From a virus, in the IMG/VR virus record IMGVR_UViG_3300008111_000003: a DNA stretch of 64,000 nucleotides; one strand, given 5' to 3'. Under the pieces are notes generated by a model. It did no database searches. It saw only the letters and a list, made by a program, of their open reading frames with translations, and was not told where the DNA came from. Below are positions 20,518 to 30,404 of the stretch, piece by piece. Position 1 is the first letter of the stretch. Each line of letters begins with the position of its first letter. The position numbers were made by a program, and so were the translations under genes.

Positions 20518-21057
20518 ATGAAAAACTGTAATAAGTGCAAGTTATCTCAAGAAGATACTAATTTTTATAAGGATAAGACCAGACATGATGGGTTGGAATA
20601 CATATGTAAATCTTGTGCTCAGAAAAAAAAACAAAAATATAAATCTCATAATTATGAAATTTTACAAAAAAAAGCACTAAATTACTCCAGAAGACCAGAT
20701 ATTAAAATAAAAAGCAGGCTAAGAAAAAAAGAAAGACTTAAAACAGATATAAGTTATAGAATGTCAGAAAATATTAGACGCAGAATTAATTTAGCTCTAC
20801 ACGGAAAAAATAAATCTAAATCTACATTAGATATGCTTGGTTGTTCAATAGATTTTCTTAAACAATATATATCTAATAAATTTGATAAAAATATGAGTTG
20901 GGATAATTATGGATTATATGGTTGGCACATAGATCATATCATACCATTATCATCAGCAAAAAATAAAGAAGAATTAGAAAAATTATGTCACTATTCAAAT
21001 CTGCAACCACTGTGGGCAAAAGACAATTTACAAAAAAGCAATAAAATAAAGGCATAA
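20518..21057 (+). CDS. Free-standing HNH homing endonuclease (endonuclease VII-like)
   Basis: CxxC...CxxC N-terminus; MSWDNYG..GWHIDHIIP...CHYSNLQPLWAKDN. Confidence 0.85.
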   Translation: MKNCNKCKLSQEDTNFYKDKTRHDGLEYICKSCAQKKKQKYKSHNYEILQKKALNYSRRPDIKIKSRLRKKERLKTDISYRMSENIRRRINLALHGKNKSKSTLDMLGCSIDFLKQYISNKFDKNMSWDNYGLYGWHIDHIIPLSSAKNKEELEKLCHYSNLQPLWAKDNLQKSNKIKA

Positions 21058-21059
21058 TT

Positions 21060-21983
21060 ATGGCTAGATTAACATCTCAACAATTATATGAAAAATATAA
21101 AAATGGATTTAGTGGTTGTATATATGAACCCCATGTTTATGATTTATTTATGGAAAATGCTAAATATGCTTATTTTAGCGATGGTGCTAAAAAAATAAAA
21201 AATAGTGGTAAGGGATTATTAAGCAGGCCATACTTATCATATTTAAAATTTGATCAAGAAGCATTCACTGAAAGACAAACTTTAGGAGATTGTACTAGTC
21301 ATAGTACAAGGAACGCGTGTGATATAAGCAGAGCCGTAGAAATCGATATTAAAAAAGAAAAAGAAGGATGGGTTGCAAGAGGGGCAACAGAAGCTATCTA
21401 TGGTCAAAGAGGTCACGGAGGAGAAGGTTCTAGTTGTGCTAGAACAGTAGAATTTGTTACTAAAATTGGTGGTATTATAGCAAGAAAAAATTATCCTGGA
21501 ATTGCAGATTTTAGTAAATATAATGGGAGCATGGGGGGTAAGTGGGGATCGAGAGGGTTGCCAGATAAGGTTTTAGATTTGGCTAATGATTATCAGATGA
21601 AAACCGCTAGTCAGATTAGAACCATAGAAGAAGCACGAGATGCTCTTGCTAATGGTTATGGTATAACAGTATGTAGTGATCAAGGATTTAGTAGTGTTAG
21701 AGATAAAAAAGGATTTGCAAAACCACAAGGCTCATGGGCGCATGCGATGTGTTGGGCTGCTTGTGATGATACTGGTAACGATATGAGTTTTTTAATATGT
21801 AATAGTTGGGGTAAGTGGAATGATGGTGGGCATCCAGAATGGGGTCAATTACCAAATGGTTCATTTTTAATTCATAGTGATATCGCAGAAAGAATGATTA
21901 AACAAAATGGAGCATTCGCAATTAGTAACTTCGACGGTTTCCCACTGCAAAAATTACCAGATTACGGATTCGATTACTTATAA
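21060..21983 (+). CDS. Papain-like (C1) cysteine peptidase
   Basis: Q..GDC.SH, W.HAM, NSWG catalytic motifs. Confidence 0.8.
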   Translation: MARLTSQQLYEKYKNGFSGCIYEPHVYDLFMENAKYAYFSDGAKKIKNSGKGLLSRPYLSYLKFDQEAFTERQTLGDCTSHSTRNACDISRAVEIDIKKEKEGWVARGATEAIYGQRGHGGEGSSCARTVEFVTKIGGIIARKNYPGIADFSKYNGSMGGKWGSRGLPDKVLDLANDYQMKTASQIRTIEEARDALANGYGITVCSDQGFSSVRDKKGFAKPQGSWAHAMCWAACDDTGNDMSFLICNSWGKWNDGGHPEWGQLPNGSFLIHSDIAERMIKQNGAFAISNFDGFPLQKLPDYGFDYL

Positions 21984-21992
21984 GGAGATTTT

Positions 21993-22154
21993 ATGAAACT
22001 ATTAGACAGAATAGCTCTTCAAAGATTAATCTCTATGCTATTAACTTTTATACTAGCTGTACTAAAGATGTTTGCTCCAAAAACTATTGAAGATGATTCT
22101 TCTGTAGAAGATGATAAAAGGTGGCGCCCAAGATGGAGACGTAAGAAAAAATGA
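21993..22154 (+). CDS. Small membrane protein with basic tail (53 aa; not in ORF track)
   Basis: AAGGAG SD; MKLLDRIALQRLISMLLTFILAVLKMF...KRWRPRWRRKKK. Confidence 0.65.
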   Translation: MKLLDRIALQRLISMLLTFILAVLKMFAPKTIEDDSSVEDDKRWRPRWRRKKK

Positions 22155-22519
22155 AAACACTATCTTTTGTACTATTAGCCTCGGTATTAATTTTTGGTAG
22201 TCAATATACCGGCTCCACACTATCCTCTGTTGTTTTGAGTGGCGGTATAATCAAAGCACAAAATAGTCCAGTAGATCACAAATATGCTAGAAAAAATTGT
22301 CCTATTTGTAAAGGTACTGGTAAGTATCTTAGTGGCGACGGTATAAAAATGGTGGATTGTGGATACTGTGAACCACCAAAAACTCAAAATATTACCCACC
22401 CACAGTCGGTTATAAAACAGATTCCACAATGTAATGATACCCAGTGTGATATTCCTAAAGCTTATCAAACTTCTCCTCCTAGAAAAATATATTACCCACA
22501 GAGAGTTTATAAGAGATGA
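22151..22519 (+). CDS. Exported protein with DnaJ-like Cys motif
   Basis: Signal-like N-terminus; CPICKGTG...CGYC. Confidence 0.6.
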   Translation: MKTLSFVLLASVLIFGSQYTGSTLSSVVLSGGIIKAQNSPVDHKYARKNCPICKGTGKYLSGDGIKMVDCGYCEPPKTQNITHPQSVIKQIPQCNDTQCDIPKAYQTSPPRKIYYPQRVYKR

Positions 22520-22908
22520 ATAATATTGAATTAAAAAATATAGCCACAAAAATACTTCATAAAACTAATATTTCGGAAGATCAAAAGTTTGGTAGTGTTA
22601 TTGCCATATTAATGATTATTAGTATAGTATTAACTCTTGTAAGAATATTACAAGAATGTAATAAAAATAAATTAAGCTCAGATTGTTCAGCAGAACAGAA
22701 GTACGGTCTTTATGGTGAAAATATTAAGTCGTATAGTAGTCGTCGGGGATGGTTTACTAAAATGAGAATCAAAAAAGTTCTTCGTCGTGAACTAAGTCCA
22801 GAAGACTACCAAAAATATAGTTTCCAGCTATTAAATGCTATATTAGATAGTGGAGAAAATGTAACTCAAGAAGAAGTAATAACCCTAGTGGAGAATGCCC
22901 ATGTTTGA
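22516..22908 (+). CDS. Membrane hypothetical protein
   Basis: One TM segment. Confidence 0.6.
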   Translation: MNNIELKNIATKILHKTNISEDQKFGSVIAILMIISIVLTLVRILQECNKNKLSSDCSAEQKYGLYGENIKSYSSRRGWFTKMRIKKVLRRELSPEDYQKYSFQLLNAILDSGENVTQEEVITLVENAHV

Positions 22909-23149
22909 TATTATAGTATGGTGTGTATATGGTTTATTTGTGGGTTCCATAGCCAAGAGCATAGTACCTGGTGAAGAAAATTTTGGCTTTGTGAAAACTG
23001 TTGCTTTAGGCGTAATTGGTTCGTATACTGGTGGAGCCATACTATACCTATTAGGGTCATATAGTTCAGTATCTCCTGCTGGTATTTTTATGGGTATTGC
23101 TGGATCAATAGTATCACTAATAGTATATAATAAATTAGTGTTAAAATGA
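22901..23149 (+). CDS. GlsB/YeaQ/YmgE (transglycosylase-associated) membrane protein
   Basis: GLFVG.IAK.I.PG...T.ALGVIGS..GG...GS pattern. Confidence 0.8.
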   Translation: MFDIIVWCVYGLFVGSIAKSIVPGEENFGFVKTVALGVIGSYTGGAILYLLGSYSSVSPAGIFMGIAGSIVSLIVYNKLVLK

Positions 23150-24531
23150 GATGCTGCGGGCCTATTGATAGAAGATCTTTTCTAGAAATTGGTTCTTTAG
23201 GATTTGCTGGATTGACATTATCGGATATGATCCAACTACAAGCAGTAGAACCCAAACCTAGAAAGTCTTTGATTTTTATATGGTTACCCGGTGGTGTTTC
23301 TCAGTTAGAAACGTATGATCTTAAACCGCAAGCGCCAGACGAATATAGAGGTCTATTAAAACCAATTAATACTAATATTAATGGTATACAAATAAGTGAA
23401 CTATTTCCAAAGCAATCCAAGATTGCAGACAAGTTTACTATTATTCGCTCAATGAGTCATTCTTTTACCGATCATGGTGGCGGCTCTAAAAGAGTTATGA
23501 TGGCTAGAAGACCAGCAACACCAACAGGAACTATTAATGACCACCCGTCAACCTGTTCAATGATAAATAGATTTACAGAAAAAAATAATACATCATCTAT
23601 ACCTAATAGTATTATTTTAGGAGATAGTGGAGCAACCAAACCCGATAGCATAGCTTTGGGCGCAGCATATCTAGGACCACAGTATACCCCATTTGAAGTT
23701 GATGGGGATCCATCAAAACATAATTTTAAAGTTAATTCATTATCCCTAAGCATGGGTTTAACTTCTGAAAGACTAGATAATAGAATGAATTTACTCAAAT
23801 CTATAGATAAAGTTGATCGCTCAATAGATTTAACAAAATCGATGTCTACTATGGATAAGTTTCATGATCAGGCACAAAATTTATTATTTAGTTCCTCTGT
23901 GAAAGCTGCGTTTGATGTTTCTCTAGAAAAAGAAAATATAAGATTAAAGTATGGTCAACACGCCTGGGGACAAAGAGCTTTAATGGCAAGACGATTAATC
24001 GAAGCTGGATGCGGTAGTGTTATTGTTACTATGAGTAATCCTAGTGTATCTATTAAACCGCCGACAGATAATACTTATTATAACTGGGATTGTCATGCTG
24101 TTAATACTCATTTATTTGATGATATGAAATTTAGAGCGCCATTATATGACGAAGCCATAGCTGCTCTAATAGAAGATGTTTATGATAGAGGATTAGATAA
24201 GGATGTTATGATTGTAGTAATGGGTGAATTTGGACACACTCCAAAATTAGAATATAAATCTGGTAAAGGTGGAAAAATTTGGCCGGGCAGAGATCATTGG
24301 TCAAAAGCATATTCAATTCTTGTTTCTGGTGGTGGCTTTAAAATGGGTCAGGTTATTGGCAAGTCTGATGACAAGGGAGCTTTTGTTGAAGATAGAATGA
24401 TATTACCAGAAGATTTATGGACTACAATATTTTATCATATGAATATTAATCCAAAAAGTATTATCCATGATTTTACTGGTCGACCAATACCACTTTTACC
24501 AGAAGGTAATCTTATAAAGGAATTAATATAA
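23146..24531 (+). CDS. DUF1501-family protein (Planctomycete-type, Tat-like leader)
   Basis: DRRSFL leader, IWL.GG.SQLET.D.KP, ARRLIEAG, WD.H, MGEFG.TP, GRDHW, GQVIG.SD. Confidence 0.85.
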   Translation: MRCCGPIDRRSFLEIGSLGFAGLTLSDMIQLQAVEPKPRKSLIFIWLPGGVSQLETYDLKPQAPDEYRGLLKPINTNINGIQISELFPKQSKIADKFTIIRSMSHSFTDHGGGSKRVMMARRPATPTGTINDHPSTCSMINRFTEKNNTSSIPNSIILGDSGATKPDSIALGAAYLGPQYTPFEVDGDPSKHNFKVNSLSLSMGLTSERLDNRMNLLKSIDKVDRSIDLTKSMSTMDKFHDQAQNLLFSSSVKAAFDVSLEKENIRLKYGQHAWGQRALMARRLIEAGCGSVIVTMSNPSVSIKPPTDNTYYNWDCHAVNTHLFDDMKFRAPLYDEAIAALIEDVYDRGLDKDVMIVVMGEFGHTPKLEYKSGKGGKIWPGRDHWSKAYSILVSGGGFKMGQVIGKSDDKGAFVEDRMILPEDLWTTIFYHMNINPKSIIHDFTGRPIPLLPEGNLIKELI

Positions 24532-24533
24532 TC

Positions 24534-25884
24534 ATGAGTATTATTCTACCAACAATAACAAATAGAAGAAATTATATAAAAGGATTAACTCTTGGTGCAG
24601 GAGCTATTATTCTACAGCCTTTTTTAGATTCCTTAGCATCTCAAGCTAATGGAGAAAAATCTCCCCCCTCGTATAATATTTTTTATTGAATCCAATGGAC
24701 TATATCCCCGTCATATACAGCCAAAAGAAATAAAAACTACTAGTGAATCTAATATAATTGATAAATCTTTGAATGAATTAGAATTACCAGATGCTATAGC
24801 GCCACTTAATCCATTAAAGGAAAAAATGTGTATAATACAAAAACTATCACATAAAGTCTCTGGTGGCGGAGACCATGGAAAAGGATATGGCGGATTAGGA
24901 TGTTTTCATTGGAGAAAAGATGTTGCTGGTCAAACTATAGATCATGCACTAGCTGAATCTGTTAAAAGTATAATCCCAGTATTAGGTTTAGCTATACCTC
25001 CACAATCATCTGCAATTTTTGTTCAAAGTGTATCAGCTATTGGATATAAAAAACCGCTATCAATGATTTGTCAACCAAATGTTGCTTTTCAAACATTATT
25101 TGGTAGTGTAGCAGAGGGCGATGCGGGTAAAATATATAATGCTAGAAATAAACTACTAGACTATATTAAAACAGATATAAATAGAGTACGCAATAGTTTA
25201 CCATCAATGGATAAGATTAAATTAGATAATTATTTACAATCATTTGATGAGATTTTATATAGACAAAATGAAACTATTAAAATTCAGGATAAGATTAGAC
25301 GAAACCAACCAATAACAGATAAATTTCATAGTGAATTAAATATCGATAGATTTGAATCTCAGTGTGATATTTTAGTGTCAGCTCTTATTAGTGGACTAAC
25401 AAATATAGTTACTTTAGATGCTGCTGGTGGAATTCAACAATATCATACATGGAAATCTTTAGGTATTGATATTGATGGTCATGCTATTGGTCATATGAAT
25501 GGACCAGATAATTTATCTGTACCAATTCGTAAATATCATGCTGAAAGAGTATTAGATATTGCTAATAGACTCGATTCTATTAAAGAGGGCGATGGTACAA
25601 TGCTTGATAATAGTCTTATAGTTTGGATGAGCGACTCTGGTGAGGGTCATCATGGTTTTTGTGCCGAATGGCCTATTGTATTGATAGGTAATTTAGGCGG
25701 CAGACTAAAAACCGATGGTAGATTTTTACAATATCCAGCTTATGGTAGTACCGGCAACAGAACCATTCGCAATCTCTATCTATCGCTGCTACATGCTGTT
25801 GGAGATAACAGAGAAAAATTTGGAGAGCTTGATTTAGAAATGGCAGCAGCCGAACAGTCTGGTCCATTAACAGAAATACTATAA
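24534..25884 (+). CDS. DUF1552-family protein; Tat-like leader (24534-) lies in a different frame from the body, +1 shift at C6 run 24663-24668
   Basis: Leader NRRNYIKGLTLGAG; body PPRIIF...NG, TID..LA, H..GH, EGDGTMLDNSLIVWMSD.G..H, GGRLKT.GR. Confidence 0.75.
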
Positions 25885-25891
25885 TTGTGTC

Positions 25892-25919
25892 TTGACTCTG
25901 TGAACTGTTGGCATATAAT
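25892..25919 (+). promoter_or_regulatory. Sigma70-type promoter, probably giving a leaderless transcript
   Basis: TTGACT-N16-TATAAT; ATG at 25926 with no SD. Confidence 0.6.
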
Positions 25920-25925
25920 AGTTGT

Positions 25926-26396
25926 ATGAACAGACCATCGTGGACAGATTATTTTTTAGGTTTAGCAAAAGTTGTTTCTCAACGTAGTCATGATGAGCAA
26001 ACTCAGCATGGTTGTGTGATCACAGATTCTCATAATCGTATTCTAGGAGTAGGATACAATGGATTTCCAAGAGGATTAGATGATTCAAAACTACCCAAAA
26101 CTAGACCAGAAAAATATCCTTGGATGATTCATGCCGAAAGAAATGCTCTTTCTAATTGTATAGTTAGGCCGGATAATGGCATAGCATATGTAACTGGTCA
26201 AAGCTGCAACGACTGTATAATGGCTTTATGGCAAGAAGGAGTTTCTACGGTTGTTATGACAAAAGATCATGGAACCCATCTATTCGATCAAAAAGCAAAA
26301 GACAGATTTGATACTTTTGTCTCAATGAGCGGAATCAAAATTTTATATATCGATCCAGACCTTTCGTGGCTGAAACAATTGTGTGGTGTATTATAA
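25926..26396 (+). CDS. dCMP deaminase
   Basis: RPSW..YF, RS.D, GYNG, HAE.NA, C..C. Confidence 0.9.
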   Translation: MNRPSWTDYFLGLAKVVSQRSHDEQTQHGCVITDSHNRILGVGYNGFPRGLDDSKLPKTRPEKYPWMIHAERNALSNCIVRPDNGIAYVTGQSCNDCIMALWQEGVSTVVMTKDHGTHLFDQKAKDRFDTFVSMSGIKILYIDPDLSWLKQLCGVL

Positions 26397-26536
26397 TGTA
26401 CAAGATAGCATTTTATATTAGCATAGGAATCTATTTTTATCAACGATGGTTCACACAAAATCCCGAAATGATAAACTATTCTTTTCATGGCCTAGTCTTA
26501 TTTGGCCTTCTTACTTTAATAGATACAGATAAATAG
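26396..26536 (+). CDS. Small membrane protein (46 aa; not in ORF track)
   Basis: TAATG coupling; two hydrophobic segments. Confidence 0.5.
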   Translation: MYKIAFYISIGIYFYQRWFTQNPEMINYSFHGLVLFGLLTLIDTDK

Positions 26537-26544
26537 GAGATAAT

Positions 26545-28737
26545 ATGTCCGCTCTTCAAGAACTGCAAAATTATACTTTCGTTAGCAAATATGCTCGTTG
26601 GCTAGAAGATAAAAATCTCAGGGAAACTTGGAAAGAAGCGGTCGAAAGAGTTAAAAACATGATGCATACAAAGTATGCTGATTTTGGTATAACAGACCAA
26701 ATCAATTGGGCATACGATATGATGTATAAAAAGAAAGTATTAGGATCTCAAAGAGCATTACAGTTTGGTGGAGATCCAATACTAAAAAGAAATAGTAAAA
26801 TTTTTAATTGTACAGCAAGTTATTGTGATCGTTTAAGATTTTTCCAAGAATGTTTTTGGCTATTGTTGTGTGGTAGTGGCACAGGATTTAGTGTACAAAA
26901 GCACCATGTATCAAAACTACCTTCGCTAGAACACAATCCAGAACCAGAAACAGCCACAAAATATGTTATCGATGACAGTATCGAAGGATGGGCTGATGCT
27001 CTAGGTGTCTTATTAAGCAGCTATTCTAGCAAGCCTGTAGAAGAATTTAAGCAATATAAGAATACTCATGTGGTTTTTGATTATTCAAATATTAGAGCAA
27101 AAGGATCGTCGCTGGCTAGTGGGGTTGGTAAAGCCCCCGGTTATGAACCACTAGCAAACGGCCTAGAAAAAATAAGAGCACTACTAGATCGTTGTATTAG
27201 AAATGGTCAGAAAAAATTAAGACCAATTGATGCTTATGATATTGTTATGCACAGTAGTGATGCTGTATTAAGTGGCGGTGTTAGAAGATCTGCTAGTTTA
27301 GCATTATTTAGTCCAGAAGATGAAGAGATGGCTAAGGCAAAAACGGGTAACTGGTTTATAGAGAATCCTCAAAGAGCCCGAAGTAATAATTCTGCATTAT
27401 TATTAAAAGAACAAACAACATTTGAAGAGTTCCAAATTTTAATGGAAAGCGTTAAAGAGTTTGGTGAGCCAGGATTTATTTGGGCAGAATCAACAGAAAT
27501 GGTATTCAATCCGTGTGTCGAGGTTAACCTATATCCTGTTGATATTGATAGTGGCGCTAGTGGATGGCAAGGATGTAATTTGAGCACTATCAACTGTTCT
27601 TCATTAGAAGATGAAAATGATTTTTATGAAAGATGCAAAGCCGCTGCTATAATAGGTACTTTACAAGCCGGGTTTACAAATTTAGATTATCTTGGTAAAA
27701 TATCAGAAAAGATTTTTTGTAAAGAATCATTATTGGGAGTATCAATGACAGGTATTATGGAGAAACATGATTTGATATTGTCAGAAAAGGTACTCAAAAC
27801 TGGTGCTAAAGTTGCAGTAGAAACTAATAAAGAAATAGCTAAAAAAATTGGCATAAACCAAGCAGCACGGGTGACTTGCTTGAAGCCAGAAGGAACCGCA
27901 AGTTCTATGCTAGGTACTTCATCCGGTATCCACCCACACCATGCTAAACGATATATACGCCATGTACAGGCCAATATTTTAGAGGCGCCCTACCAGCACT
28001 TTAAGAAAATAAATCCGCAGTCATGCGAAAAATCATCGTGGTCTGCCAATAATACCGATGAGGTTATAAAATTTCCCATAGAGGTTCCAGATGGGGCTAA
28101 ACTTAAAAATCAATTACCAGCTATAGAGATGTTATCTGTAGTTAAGGATACTCAAAAGCATTGGGTGCAAAGTGGTAAAAATACTCATTTATGTACTCAA
28201 AAATATTTATGTCACAATGTTAGTAATACTGTAACAGTAAAACCAGATGAATGGGATGATGTTACAAAGTATATTTATGACAATAGAAAGTATTTTGCTG
28301 GTATTAGTCTAATTCCTCAAAGCGGAGATAAAGACTATCCACAAGCCCCATTTACTACTGTTTATACTAGTAGAGAAATAGTTAAAGAGTACGGAGATGC
28401 TGCGCTATGGTGTTCTGGATTAATAGAGCTTGCACTAAACGCATTCAATAATAATCTTTGGGCCGCTTGTGATTATGTAGTATTAAATCAAGCTAATAAA
28501 GACCATCATGAATCTAAATTAATGTTTGTAACCAAAATGAAAAACTTTGCTGGTAAATACTTTAATGGAGACACCAGAAGATTAACATACTGTATGAAGG
28601 ATGTTTATAACTGGAAGATTTATTGTGATTTGTTTAATAGTTTCAAGAAGGTTGATTATACACAACTATTGGAAACTGAAGATAATACTGTCGGGATCGA
28701 GGAAATTAGTTGTGCCGGTGGCGCTTGTCTAATTTAA
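26545..28737 (+). CDS. nrdJ: Class II (B12-dependent) ribonucleotide reductase, monomeric type
   Basis: FNC, G.GTGFSV, GGVRRSA, NPCVE, CNL, TCLKPEGT, C-terminal CAGGAC; no small-subunit gene adjacent. Confidence 0.9.
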   Translation: MSALQELQNYTFVSKYARWLEDKNLRETWKEAVERVKNMMHTKYADFGITDQINWAYDMMYKKKVLGSQRALQFGGDPILKRNSKIFNCTASYCDRLRFFQECFWLLLCGSGTGFSVQKHHVSKLPSLEHNPEPETATKYVIDDSIEGWADALGVLLSSYSSKPVEEFKQYKNTHVVFDYSNIRAKGSSLASGVGKAPGYEPLANGLEKIRALLDRCIRNGQKKLRPIDAYDIVMHSSDAVLSGGVRRSASLALFSPEDEEMAKAKTGNWFIENPQRARSNNSALLLKEQTTFEEFQILMESVKEFGEPGFIWAESTEMVFNPCVEVNLYPVDIDSGASGWQGCNLSTINCSSLEDENDFYERCKAAAIIGTLQAGFTNLDYLGKISEKIFCKESLLGVSMTGIMEKHDLILSEKVLKTGAKVAVETNKEIAKKIGINQAARVTCLKPEGTASSMLGTSSGIHPHHAKRYIRHVQANILEAPYQHFKKINPQSCEKSSWSANNTDEVIKFPIEVPDGAKLKNQLPAIEMLSVVKDTQKHWVQSGKNTHLCTQKYLCHNVSNTVTVKPDEWDDVTKYIYDNRKYFAGISLIPQSGDKDYPQAPFTTVYTSREIVKEYGDAALWCSGLIELALNAFNNNLWAACDYVVLNQANKDHHESKLMFVTKMKNFAGKYFNGDTRRLTYCMKDVYNWKIYCDLFNSFKKVDYTQLLETEDNTVGIEEISCAGGACLI

Positions 28738-28760
28738 CTCTATCCGCGAAAGGTTAACCA

Positions 28761-29498
28761 TTGAGAAAAAAAACTAAAAACTCACAGAAAAAATCCGCAG
28801 TTATTGATTTAACTAATGAAATTAGTAGTCCGGCAGAAACCAAATATCGCAATAGATTAAAACCACGCACAGATAATCAAAAAGAATATATCCGCACAGT
28901 GGCGGAAAATCACATCACCTTTTGTCAAGGTGTTGCTGGTAGTGGTAAAACACATATTGCCATAGGTATGGCTTTAGAATATCTGTTAGAGAACAAGGTT
29001 AAAAAAATTGTTATAACAAGACCAGTAGTAGAAAGTGGAGAAAAGATAGGTTATCTTCCAGGCACAGCAGAAGAAAAGCTACATCCTTATCTACTACCTC
29101 TTCTAGACGAGGTAAATCACTTTATCTCTCCCGCCCAATATAATAGTTTAAAAAGTAATAACAGAATAGAGATAGTGCCATTAGGCTTAATGAGAGGACG
29201 CAATTTTCATGATTCATTTATTGTGGCCGACGAATGCCAGAACGCATCGTATGATCAATTAAAAATGCTCTTGACAAGGCTTGGTAACAACAGTAAAATG
29301 GTACTAACTGGAGATATTAGTCAATCAGATTTACGAAGACATTTACAGGGCGGTTTTTACGTTTTAACTCAACTTTTAAATAACATTGACGGTATCGGCA
29401 TATCATATCTTGATATGAAAGATATTGTGCGTCATCCAATCATAGGTACTATTTTAACCAAACTTGACTCTTACGAAAATGGAAACCAAACACTCTAG
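28761..29498 (+). CDS. phoH: PhoH-family ATPase
   Basis: G.AGSGKT, TRP.VE.GE..GYLPG, MRGR, DECQN, GD..Q.D, VRH. Confidence 0.95.
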   Translation: MRKKTKNSQKKSAVIDLTNEISSPAETKYRNRLKPRTDNQKEYIRTVAENHITFCQGVAGSGKTHIAIGMALEYLLENKVKKIVITRPVVESGEKIGYLPGTAEEKLHPYLLPLLDEVNHFISPAQYNSLKSNNRIEIVPLGLMRGRNFHDSFIVADECQNASYDQLKMLLTRLGNNSKMVLTGDISQSDLRRHLQGGFYVLTQLLNNIDGIGISYLDMKDIVRHPIIGTILTKLDSYENGNQTL

Positions 29499-30057
29499 AT
29501 GCTTAGTGCTTAATGCTGATTATACTCCATTAACTATTATTGGTTGGCAAAAGGCTTTGTTATGGTCTATTAAACATTCATATGATGTTCGTATTGGTGT
29601 GGAGATAATAGATTTCTATAAAGATGATTTTATTTGTGGAGTTAATAAAAAATATCCTATCCCTGCTGTTGTAAAAACAGCAAAATATTTTAGAATAAAT
29701 AACTACAAAGTAAAATTTTCTAGAAAAAACTTATTCATAAGAGATAATTATACCTGTCAATATTGTAATAAAAGATTTGATATTGGTACATTAACATATG
29801 ATCATGTTATTCCAAAGTCGGTTTGGGATTATAATATAGGATCTCCAACATCTTGGACCAATATTGTTACAGCATGTAGAGAGTGCAACAGAAGAAAAGG
29901 TAGTAGAACACCTAAACAAGCCAATATGCCGTTACAGAATTTGCCAAATAAACCTCAAAAAAATGTAAAGTACTTGCCTATAACCACCTATCTATCTAAG
30001 ATAAGATCAGAGATCCCATCTGAATGGATTGGCTATTTACCAGAATCATATTTATAA
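29479..30057 (+). CDS. HNH endonuclease
   Basis: LVLNADY.P, RDNYTCQYC, T.DHVIP, W.NIVTAC..CN..KG. Confidence 0.9.
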   Translation: METKHSRCLVLNADYTPLTIIGWQKALLWSIKHSYDVRIGVEIIDFYKDDFICGVNKKYPIPAVVKTAKYFRINNYKVKFSRKNLFIRDNYTCQYCNKRFDIGTLTYDHVIPKSVWDYNIGSPTSWTNIVTACRECNRRKGSRTPKQANMPLQNLPNKPQKNVKYLPITTYLSKIRSEIPSEWIGYLPESYL

Positions 30058-30404
30058 TGCCTACTTATTCTTATTATTGCGAAAATTGTGAATCAGAGTT
30101 TGAGTTGTTTTTCTATATCAAAGACTATGTAGAAAAACCCAAATGTTCTTGTTGTAAAAGTAAAAAAACAATTAGGGAATATACTAAGGATATTATCACC
30201 CAAAATACATCTGTAAAAAAATCAGATAGCGAGTTGAAAACCATAGGTGATCTGGCTAATAGAAATAGAGATCGAATGAGCGAGGATCAAAAGGCTGATC
30301 TATATAGAAAGCACAATTCATACAAAGAAACAACAGAAGAAAAACCACTACCCAAAGGAATGTCACGCATGAAGAAAGGAACAAAAACCATATGGCCCAG
30401 TTAA
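30057..30404 (+). CDS. FmdB-like zinc-ribbon protein
   Basis: MPTYSYYCENC...KCSCC. Confidence 0.75.
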   Translation: MPTYSYYCENCESEFELFFYIKDYVEKPKCSCCKSKKTIREYTKDIITQNTSVKKSDSELKTIGDLANRNRDRMSEDQKADLYRKHNSYKETTEEKPLPKGMSRMKKGTKTIWPS

